DNA of 64,000 nt from Moorellales bacterium (GTDB lineage: Bacteria; Bacillota; DSM-521; Neomoorellales; SLTJ01), in NCBI GenBank assembly GCA_049719955.1, contig JBNARC010000001.1, positions 1,887 to 65,886 of the forward strand. Reading direction: 5' to 3'. Below are positions 26,962 through 35,118 of the stretch, one piece after another. Each line of letters opens with the position of its first letter. Within the stretch, counting starts at the first letter, position 1. The translations under genes and the position numbers were made by a program. The notes under the pieces were generated by a model that worked only from the letters and a program-made list of their open reading frames with translations, was not told the DNA's origin and did no database searches.

Positions 26962-27052
26962 TGCCTCGGCTAGACGGAGCGGCGGAGAGGTTTCGCGTCT
27001 TCACGCGGAGTAGTTCAGAGGTTCTGCGGTCGGCAGAGGGGTGCCGGAGTCT

Positions 27053-30000
27053 ATGCGGAGGTACGGGCGCGCCCGGTCAAAGGCCCCGGGCGCGGTACTG
27101 CTTTCACTTCTGTTGATTAATTTGCTGCTTTTGCCCGCACCGCCGGCGCGGGCACAAGACTATACCCCCCAAGTTACCGGTATTAGCCCCGACCAAGGCG
27201 GCATGGGCGGCGGCTACTTTATGACCATCACCGGCTCAGGCTTCGCCGCCGAAGCCCAGGGCCAGGTGGAGGTCGCCATCGGCGGGGTGGCCGCCCGGGT
27301 GGTGGCGCGTAGCGAGACCGAGCTCAAAGTGGAGGTGCCTCCCCGCGATCCCCTGCCTGCGGCGCCGGTACCGGTGGTAGTAGCCAACGTGATTGGCGGC
27401 CAGCGTTATGTAGCGGAGGACCCACCCCTCTTTACCTACCTGCCCGGCCCCATCGTGGACGCCTTGGTGCCTAACTTCGGCAGTAGTGAGGGAGGAGCGG
27501 CAACGGGGCGGGTAACCTTAGTCTTGGGCAAGAATTTTACCCTCACCGGATACGACGGTTTGGAGGTGCGCTTCGGAGAGGGAGAGGCCGCAACCCCGGC
27601 TGAGGTCCTGGACAGGCAGTCTACGTTTCTAAGAGTATATCACCCGCCCGGGGCTTATACCGGCCTTCCGGTGGCGGTGACGGTCCGGCTGTCCGGCTCC
27701 GGAGTAGTACCGGTAGAGACCCGGCTGAACAACGCCTTCATCTACGCCGTGGGCTCCAGCAATCCCCGGATAGTCTCGGTTTCGCCCAACGTCCTACCCA
27801 GCACCGGCGGGGAAATAATGGTCGGCGGCCAGGACTTCCGTTCCGAGACGGAAGCCGACGGCTTAACCCCGCGGCTGGCGGCCCTCTATCTGGTGCGGCC
27901 GGGTTATCAGTATGCGGCCGAGGTCTTGCGCCTGCGGTGGGACGAGATCCGCGCTCGGGTGCCGGCGCTGCCGGCGGGAGTTTACGACCTGAAAGTGGTA
28001 AACCCGGACGGCCGGCAGGCGGTCTTGAGCGCGGCGGTTACTATCAAGGCCGCGGAACAGGCCCTACGTCTGGTGAGCATCACTCCAAACCGGGGCAGCG
28101 TGGAGGGTGGGGTACCGGTCACCCTTAAGGTGGTTAACCTTCCTCCGGGCTGGCAGTCGGTGGGGCTAGAGATCGGCGGTATTCCCGCTTCAGAAGTAAA
28201 CGTAAAGGACGCCAACACCATTGAGGCCAGGGTGCCGGAGCGAATGGCGCCGGGCGCCTACGATGTGGCCCTAAGGGTTACCTACCAAGAAGAGGGCCAA
28301 ATTCGGGAGCAGGTGTCGGTGCTGCCGCAGGGTTTCACCTACGTTATTCCCACTAGTTCGCCTTCGGTAACCTTCTTGGCACCTAATTCGGGGCCTCTGG
28401 CCGGGGGCACCGAGGTTACCATAAATGGCAGCGACTTTCGGGCGCCCCAGGAGGGGCAGTCCTTGTACGTGTTTTTCGGGCTGCGGCTGGCCAGAAGCGT
28501 AAGGGTGGTGGACGCTTCCACTCTGGTGGCCGTTATTCCCGAGGCCGATGCCCCCGGGGCGGTAGATGTGACTGTGGTCAACCCCGACGGCGGCACGGCG
28601 GTACTGCCCCTAGGATTTACCTACCTGGGTAATCCCCCTTACCTGACCAGTATCACCCCGGCCTTCGGCACCAAAGGAACGCCGGTAGTGATTGCCGCGG
28701 CCAACCTCACCGTGAAGGGCACGGCGGCGGAGATCGGCGAAATCCGCTATGACGCGTTGGGAAACCCGATAGAATGGTTTGAGAATCTGCCCATTCAGAG
28801 ACTAGAGGAGTTGTCTGCCGGGGCCTGGCGGATTTACGCCGAAATCCCGGCTTTGGTACCCGGGCCGAAGCTGGTGCGGGTTAGGACCCCTTACGGCGTA
28901 TCGAACTACCTGGATTTTCAGTACCTGCCGGCCACCTACCCGGCACCGGTAGTGACCAGTGTGGATCCGGATAAGGGCCCGGCCCGCGGTGGGGTGGCGT
29001 TGGCGGTATACGGTGAGAACTTCCAGAGCGGAGCCCGGGTTTATCTAGGGGATAAAGAGCTTAACGGTGCGGTGGTGGAAAGCGTCCACAAGATAAGCGG
29101 ACGGACTCCGGCGGGACTACTACCAGGGGCTAGCTATCCCGTACGGGTGGTCAACCCTGACGGCCGGGAGGGGACGCTGGCCGACGCCTTCTACGTCTAT
29201 AGCGAGCCGCAGGTAACCCAGGTTACCCCGGCCACGGGCAGCGTGGACGGCGGAAACATCATCACCGTCAAAGGTCAAGAGTTCTACCCCGGCGCTCTGG
29301 TCAGGCTGGAGTGGAAGGCGATAGACGAATCTGGCCAGACGGTAACAGGGTTTGTCTACGCCAAGGAGGTAACCGTGCGCGGTACCACCGAGCTGCGCTT
29401 CCGGCTGCCTCCGGCTCAGGACGCCTCCGGTCCGCCTTTAGTGCTCAAACCCGGGGAGGAGTGCCAGGTTGATCTGGTGGTGATCAACCGGGACGGTGGC
29501 AGCTTCACCCTGGTCGACGGCTTTACCTACCGCGGGCCTCAGGTTACTCCCTCCATCGCCTCCGTTACCCCGCCCTGGGGGCCCACGGAGGGCGGCATAG
29601 AAATACTGGTTTCCGGCTCCGGCTTCTTGCCCGGCGCCCGGGTTTTCATCGGCTGGGAAGCGGCCAAGGTGGTGCAGGTAGGGCCCACCCTCATCCGGGC
29701 GGTAATCCCGGCCCAGCCGGAGGGGAAGTACGATGTGTCGGTGATGAACGACCTTGACGGCGGCGCGGCGGTTCTCCGTAGCGGTTTCGAGTACCGCCAG
29801 CCCCGAACCCAGCCCAAGATAACTTCCATCTATCCCAACCGGGGACCCAACTACCGGTCTACGTTGGTCACCCTCCGGGGTGAGAACTTCTGGCCGGGCG
29901 CGGAGGTGTTTTTCGGCTCCAGCGTGGCCAAGGCCGTGTACTACGTGGATACCACCGTGCTCAAGGTTTACACCCCCGAGGTGCCCGACTACGTGGGGCC

Positions 30001-32563
30001 GGTAGACGTGCGCCTGGTGGACCCTTACGGCGGGGTGGCCCTGGTGAGGAACGGCTTCACCTTTACCCAACCGGCCGCCGGGTACCTTCCGGTGATCGAG
30101 GCCCTCTCTCCCCGGGAAGGCTCTACTCAGGGCGGCACCCCGGTGGTTATTACCGGGCGGAACTTCTTCCAGGGAGCGGAGGTGTACTTCGACGGCCTGC
30201 CCTCACCTTCGGTGAAGGTTCTGGACACCGGTACGGTAGTGGCAGAATCCCCGCCGCACGCCCCGGGAGCGGTGGAGGTCACCCTGGTGAACTGGGATGG
30301 GGGCGCGGCTACTTATCACTGCTTCATCTACCGCCAGCCGGGAACGCCTCCGGAAATCCTCAAGGTCGATCCATCTGTGGGCCGGGCGAGGGAGGAAACT
30401 CCGGTCACCATCACCGGGCGTAACTTCCAGCCCGGTGCCAAGGTCTATTTCGGTCATACCGAAGCCGTTGAGGGGGAGGTAAAGGATTACTACACCATCG
30501 CCGCCACCGCTCCGGCTCTGCCTGCGGGTAAGGTGGACGTGCGGGTGGTCAATCCGGACTTCGGCGAGGCGGTGCTCCGGAACGGCTTCACCTACCAGTC
30601 ATCGGTGCCCAAGATTACCGCGGTGAACCCGAGCCAGGGACGGAAGGAAGGAGGCTACACGGTAGCCATCCTGGGCGAGGACTTCCGGCCCCCGTCAGAG
30701 CAAGCGGCTCTGCGGGTTTTCTTCGGAACCCAAGAGGTGAGTCCGGCTGACATTACCTACCAAGACGAAGGCACGGTGGCGGTGAAGGTGCCGCCCTCCT
30801 CCCGCGTAGGCCCGGTGGACGTACGCCTGATTAACCCCGACGGGGCCGAGGCGGTGCTGAAGAACGGTTTCATGTACACCAGCCCCGCCTCCGACCCGGA
30901 AGTTACCGGCGTGACGCCGGATAAAGGTCCTACCACCGGCGGGATATGGGTGACCATCAGCGGGAGCGATCTGCGGGAGGAGGCGCGGGTATACTTCGGC
31001 AGCCTGGAGGCGCTGAAAGTGCGCTTCGTGGACAACCAGACCCTTTTGGCCTTATTGCCCCCTCAGCCGGTGGGGCCGGTAGCGGTGACGGTGGTAAACT
31101 ACGACGGCGGCACCGCCACTAAGGAAGCCGCCTTTATCTACGTAATTCCGGAGTCTAGCCCGCGCATCGACCGGGTGGTGCCCAACAAAGGGCCGCACGT
31201 GGGAGGGACCAGTATTACCATTTACGGCCTGGACTTTCGCAGTGGAGCGACGGTGTACATCGACGGCGCGGCCGCCACCCAGGTGCAGGTGAAAAGCTAC
31301 AAGGAGATCGCGGCCGTAGCCCCGCCCGGCCGGCCCGGGGCGCGGGACGTTACCGTGATAAACCCCGACCAGGGCACCTATACCGCTTCGGGCGCTTTTA
31401 CCTACGTGGAGGTCAAGGTGCCCAGCATCAGCAAGGTAGAGCCGGACCGGGGGCCGAAGCAGGGCGGCACGGCCATTACCATCACCGGCACCAATTTTGC
31501 CTCCGGCGCCAAGGTCTACATCGGCGGCAACGAAGCCTCGGAAGTTAAGGTAACCGGCGGGACCCAGATCAGCGCTGTCGCCCCGGCGGGCGAGCAGGGC
31601 TGGCGGGAACTTAAGGTGGTCAACCTCGACGGCGGCTTTGCCAGCCTGGCCAAGGGTTTCCTTTATCTGGGGCCGCCGGGCGAGCCCGGCTGGCTTTCTG
31701 CCCGTCCGGTGGACGAGACTACCGTACGCCTGGACTGGGAAGAGGTAGAGTTTGCCTCGGCCTACGAGATTTTCGTAGCCCGGGACCCCGGCGGTCCCTA
31801 TGCCTTCCTGGACCGGACCATCGCCACCACCTACTACGCCACCGGTCTGGTAGCCGACCAGGACTATTTCTTCCGGGTGCGGGCGGTAAACGACCTCGGG
31901 CTTTCGGTGTTCTCCGGCGAGGCTTGGTCCCGGACCGAGGAGAAAGAAGAAGAGGCGGTCAGCGGAGAATTGGTGCGCGCGGTAAAGGGTAACCACCTTT
32001 ACGTGACCATCCCCAGTTCCTCGGCCTGGCGGAGCCTAGGGTCTACGCTGGATTTGACCGCCGGCGCTTACGCCGGCGTCCGGGGGGTCAGCCTGCGGGT
32101 GCCGGTCGACGTGGCCTTAAGTAGCGCCCGGACCCTGACGGTGGCGGGCTACCGGTTCAAACTAGAAATACCCGCGGGAGGGTTCCGGCCGGTCGAAGCC
32201 CGACGCCTGACGGCTTCGGAGCGCCAAAGGTCGGCGCTGGTGCTGCGGGTGGAAGAAGTGCCGGCCGCGGAAGCAGGGGAGCTGGCAAGGGCGGCGCCGG
32301 GGCGGGTAGTGTCCCGCTTGTGGCGCTTGGAGATGCGGCTGGAAATCGCGGGTCAAAACCGGCCGATCTTGAACCTCGATAACCAAGTCTTGGTTACTAT
32401 AACTTTTGATCCGGCTCTGGCCGGCTCCGCGGCGGTAGGGCTCTACCGTTACCGGCCGGACCGGGGGTGGGAGCGGCTGGGCGGCCAATCCCTTGCCGGG
32501 TGGCCGCAGGTGGGGGGAGCCAGCGCTACTACCGGCGTATTCGCCGCCGTGGCCGACCGCTAA
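27053..32563 (+). CDS. Giant secreted surface protein: signal peptide, 16 tandem IPT/TIG-like Ig repeats, one FN3-like module, and an unassigned C-terminal domain of about 230 aa
   Basis: It has a Sec-type leader (LLSLLLINLLLLPAPPARA/QD). Sixteen repeats of about 85-110 aa follow the pattern P.I.S..P..GP..GG..VTI.G..F..GA.V.FG...A..V......I.A..P....G.VDV.V.NPDG....L..GFTY. The FN3-like segment reads TVRLDWEEV...YEIFVAR...YFFRVRAVN. The start is ATG 27053 or the track GTG 27041. Confidence 0.85.
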   Translation: MRRYGRARSKAPGAVLLSLLLINLLLLPAPPARAQDYTPQVTGISPDQGGMGGGYFMTITGSGFAAEAQGQVEVAIGGVAARVVARSETELKVEVPPRDPLPAAPVPVVVANVIGGQRYVAEDPPLFTYLPGPIVDALVPNFGSSEGGAATGRVTLVLGKNFTLTGYDGLEVRFGEGEAATPAEVLDRQSTFLRVYHPPGAYTGLPVAVTVRLSGSGVVPVETRLNNAFIYAVGSSNPRIVSVSPNVLPSTGGEIMVGGQDFRSETEADGLTPRLAALYLVRPGYQYAAEVLRLRWDEIRARVPALPAGVYDLKVVNPDGRQAVLSAAVTIKAAEQALRLVSITPNRGSVEGGVPVTLKVVNLPPGWQSVGLEIGGIPASEVNVKDANTIEARVPERMAPGAYDVALRVTYQEEGQIREQVSVLPQGFTYVIPTSSPSVTFLAPNSGPLAGGTEVTINGSDFRAPQEGQSLYVFFGLRLARSVRVVDASTLVAVIPEADAPGAVDVTVVNPDGGTAVLPLGFTYLGNPPYLTSITPAFGTKGTPVVIAAANLTVKGTAAEIGEIRYDALGNPIEWFENLPIQRLEELSAGAWRIYAEIPALVPGPKLVRVRTPYGVSNYLDFQYLPATYPAPVVTSVDPDKGPARGGVALAVYGENFQSGARVYLGDKELNGAVVESVHKISGRTPAGLLPGASYPVRVVNPDGREGTLADAFYVYSEPQVTQVTPATGSVDGGNIITVKGQEFYPGALVRLEWKAIDESGQTVTGFVYAKEVTVRGTTELRFRLPPAQDASGPPLVLKPGEECQVDLVVINRDGGSFTLVDGFTYRGPQVTPSIASVTPPWGPTEGGIEILVSGSGFLPGARVFIGWEAAKVVQVGPTLIRAVIPAQPEGKYDVSVMNDLDGGAAVLRSGFEYRQPRTQPKITSIYPNRGPNYRSTLVTLRGENFWPGAEVFFGSSVAKAVYYVDTTVLKVYTPEVPDYVGPVDVRLVDPYGGVALVRNGFTFTQPAAGYLPVIEALSPREGSTQGGTPVVITGRNFFQGAEVYFDGLPSPSVKVLDTGTVVAESPPHAPGAVEVTLVNWDGGAATYHCFIYRQPGTPPEILKVDPSVGRAREETPVTITGRNFQPGAKVYFGHTEAVEGEVKDYYTIAATAPALPAGKVDVRVVNPDFGEAVLRNGFTYQSSVPKITAVNPSQGRKEGGYTVAILGEDFRPPSEQAALRVFFGTQEVSPADITYQDEGTVAVKVPPSSRVGPVDVRLINPDGAEAVLKNGFMYTSPASDPEVTGVTPDKGPTTGGIWVTISGSDLREEARVYFGSLEALKVRFVDNQTLLALLPPQPVGPVAVTVVNYDGGTATKEAAFIYVIPESSPRIDRVVPNKGPHVGGTSITIYGLDFRSGATVYIDGAAATQVQVKSYKEIAAVAPPGRPGARDVTVINPDQGTYTASGAFTYVEVKVPSISKVEPDRGPKQGGTAITITGTNFASGAKVYIGGNEASEVKVTGGTQISAVAPAGEQGWRELKVVNLDGGFASLAKGFLYLGPPGEPGWLSARPVDETTVRLDWEEVEFASAYEIFVARDPGGPYAFLDRTIATTYYATGLVADQDYFFRVRAVNDLGLSVFSGEAWSRTEEKEEEAVSGELVRAVKGNHLYVTIPSSSAWRSLGSTLDLTAGAYAGVRGVSLRVPVDVALSSARTLTVAGYRFKLEIPAGGFRPVEARRLTASERQRSALVLRVEEVPAAEAGELARAAPGRVVSRLWRLEMRLEIAGQNRPILNLDNQVLVTITFDPALAGSAAVGLYRYRPDRGWERLGGQSLAGWPQVGGASATTGVFAAVADR

Positions 32564-32572
32564 GGGGAGGGG

Positions 32573-35095
32573 GTGGGCTCGGTGAGAAGCGAGAGCCCTA
32601 TCTGGTGCCGCTCAAAGCCAACTGGAGATACGCCAGAGGCGACCGCAATCGGCCGGCGCGGCCGCAGCGGACCGAAGGGACGGTGCGTCGGCCTGATTGT
32701 CTTCGTGGCTCTGGTTTTGTGGGGCTTGTCGCTGTCCAATCCGGGTTTAGCGGCGGCGCAGGGCCAGCGCTACACCGGCTGGGCGGGAGCGGCCCGAGTG
32801 GCCTCCCGCCTAAACTACGCCGACCTTTCCGGCCATTGGGCCAAAGAAGCCATCCTGAGGGTAGCGGCCCTGGGGGTTTTGACCGCTACCGGAGACCGGT
32901 TTCGGCCTCAGGCCGCACTCACCCGAGAGGAGATCCTGGCCGCCCTGTTGGCTTTATCGGGGAATGGAAACAACGGAACTACGGTACTGGACCGGGCGGA
33001 GGGGGCGGGCCTGGTAAACCGGGAAGAACGCGCCAGGCTTGAGGGCGCGCTTTCGGCGCCGGCCGAGCGGCAGGAGGTGGCCGCCTGGCTGGCCCGGGCG
33101 GCGGGGCTGGTAGAGGCCACGGGGGCGGGGAACGTACGTGTGGCCGCCTTCGGCGACGCGGGCAAGGTGCGGCCTGAGTACCGCGGGTTCATAGAGGCTC
33201 TACTGGAAAAGGGGTGGCTGGCGGGCCGGGGAGGGCGGCTGGCGCCTACGGCCGCCGTCACCCGGGCGGAAGCGGCCAGCCTCCTTTACCGGGCTTTACC
33301 CGAGGTCTTGCCCCGGCAGGGTTGGCTGGTGTTCCAAGGGATAGTTGTCGGAAGGGAAGAGGCGCGACTGAGTCAGGGGCTGCGGCTCACTTTTGTGGTG
33401 CTTACCACCTCCGGTCAGAGCGTGGAACTGATGGCCGGTCCGGGCGCCGGTACCGCCTGGGGCCCCGACTGGCTTACCATAGCCGGGGGCCGGGTTTCTA
33501 CCGCCGGCGCTCTGGCTTCCGGCCAAGCGGTGCGGGTATGGGTTAACCCGCCCACGGTGGTGATGGTGGAGGTCTTATCCTCCCAGGCCCAGAGCCGCCG
33601 GGCGGTGTTAGAGGCGGTGAACTCCACCGCCGGAGAAATAACCGTGATAGTTGGCGGCCAGCGGACGGTTTTGGGCCTTGCCCCGGGGGTCAAGGTTACC
33701 GTAGCGGGCCAGCCGGCGCGGCCTGCCGACCTTTTGCCCGGGCAAGAGGTAACATTATCCCTGCGGGCGGGCCTGGTGGAGCAGGTGGCGGCGGAGCTTC
33801 CGCCCGTGGATTTGCCAGCTTATGCCCAGACGCCAGCCCGGGTGGTAACCGGTTACCTGGCCGGACGGGAGGGCACCAACCTGCGGGTAACCTTGACGGG
33901 CGGAGGCGAGGAAACCTTTGCCCTTACCTCGGTAACGGTAATCGTTTCCGGCAGCCGTACCCTTTCCGCTTCCGACCTGCGGCCGGGCGACCGGGTGCGG
34001 CTAACCGTTTTCGGCGATTCTTCCGGAGTGATTTCCCGGGTAGAAGTGGCCGCCGAGTATCCGCGGGAGGAACTCTGGTGCGGCCGGCTGGTGCGGGTGC
34101 TGGTGCCGGAGCGAGCGGTGCTGGTTTCCCAGCCCCGACGGCTCTATTTCGGCCGCTGGCGTTTCGAGGAAGGGCAGCGCGCCTTCACCCTGGCGGCAGA
34201 GGCCGGGTTTTACCTGGGTTCCCGGACGGTGAGTCTGGAGGAACTGGCCGGTCAAACCGGAGGGCAGGTTTTCCTCAGCCTGAGCCGGGCTTTCGGGCGG
34301 AAAGAAGTGGCCTGGCTGGCGGTGGAAGAAGGTGAGCCCTGGATCTACCAGGACCGTCTGGCCGACTGGAACCCGGGGTGGCGGAAGCTAGCCTTGAGCG
34401 GCGGCACTGGCCTGGTCTTGGCCGAGGGAGCGAGAGTGCTGCGGGGCGGCCGGGTGGTGGACCCGTCGGATCTGGAGGCCGGGCGGCCGGTAGTGGCGGT
34501 AGCGGCAGGGGACACCGGTCTCTTCGTGGAGCAGCCGGAGTACTATCCTCCTGCCTGGAGCTTCTTCTGCGGGACGCTACGGCGCTTGGAGGAGAAAAAG
34601 CTGGTTCTTTACCGCTGGCGCCGGTACGACGGCGACTACTGGAGCGCCACTTCCTATCAGGAGAAAGAACTAACCTTGTCGGCCAGCACCGTGGCTCTGG
34701 ACGGTACTAAGGAAACGCCGGTACTGCTCGACCTTCACACCTTCCTAGAGAGTCGCTATACCGATGCCTTCGTGGGCCGGCAGGTCTACCTGGTGGCGGA
34801 CGGAGAGGGTAGAGTGGTGGCTTTAGCCTTGCGGGGGGAAGAGCGCGGGCCGGAGGTAGCCGCTCTGGGGACGGTCCGGGAAGGGACGGACGGCCGGCGC
34901 CGCCTGGAAGAGGTGCTGGCGTGGAGTCCGGAGTACCGGTCCTGGAGAGAACTGGGAACTACGCTTACTCTTGATTTCTCCCGAGCCTTGGTATTTCGAG
35001 GTGGTACTTGGGTGGGTCCGGCCGGCCTCACCGAGGGCAGTCAGATTTATTTGCTGCACGACTACCAGGAGGCGTTGGCAGTTTTCCTGCAGTAA
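32573..35095 (+). CDS. SLH-domain cell-wall protein (N-terminal SLH region plus a C-terminal region of about 600 aa of unknown fold)
   Basis: It has a hydrophobic leader (VGLIVFVALVLWGLSL) and SLH-like segments (YADLSGHWAKEAILRVAALGVL...FRPQAALTREE and FGDAGKVRPEYRGFIEALLEKGWLAG...AAVTRAEAASLLYRAL). The start is 9 nt after the giant gene stop, with GGGGAGGGGG between them. Confidence 0.7.
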   Translation: MGSVRSESPIWCRSKPTGDTPEATAIGRRGRSGPKGRCVGLIVFVALVLWGLSLSNPGLAAAQGQRYTGWAGAARVASRLNYADLSGHWAKEAILRVAALGVLTATGDRFRPQAALTREEILAALLALSGNGNNGTTVLDRAEGAGLVNREERARLEGALSAPAERQEVAAWLARAAGLVEATGAGNVRVAAFGDAGKVRPEYRGFIEALLEKGWLAGRGGRLAPTAAVTRAEAASLLYRALPEVLPRQGWLVFQGIVVGREEARLSQGLRLTFVVLTTSGQSVELMAGPGAGTAWGPDWLTIAGGRVSTAGALASGQAVRVWVNPPTVVMVEVLSSQAQSRRAVLEAVNSTAGEITVIVGGQRTVLGLAPGVKVTVAGQPARPADLLPGQEVTLSLRAGLVEQVAAELPPVDLPAYAQTPARVVTGYLAGREGTNLRVTLTGGGEETFALTSVTVIVSGSRTLSASDLRPGDRVRLTVFGDSSGVISRVEVAAEYPREELWCGRLVRVLVPERAVLVSQPRRLYFGRWRFEEGQRAFTLAAEAGFYLGSRTVSLEELAGQTGGQVFLSLSRAFGRKEVAWLAVEEGEPWIYQDRLADWNPGWRKLALSGGTGLVLAEGARVLRGGRVVDPSDLEAGRPVVAVAAGDTGLFVEQPEYYPPAWSFFCGTLRRLEEKKLVLYRWRRYDGDYWSATSYQEKELTLSASTVALDGTKETPVLLDLHTFLESRYTDAFVGRQVYLVADGEGRVVALALRGEERGPEVAALGTVREGTDGRRRLEEVLAWSPEYRSWRELGTTLTLDFSRALVFRGGTWVGPAGLTEGSQIYLLHDYQEALAVFLQ

Positions 35096-35118
35096 CTCCA
35101 ATTAGGGGGAGCGGTTCC

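Noticed and set aside
32467-33042. A 191-aa ORF bridging the end of the giant gene and the start of the first SLH gene.
   Set aside because: It is out of frame with both supported genes and Arg/Gly-rich, and it has no RBS. It is a shadow ORF.
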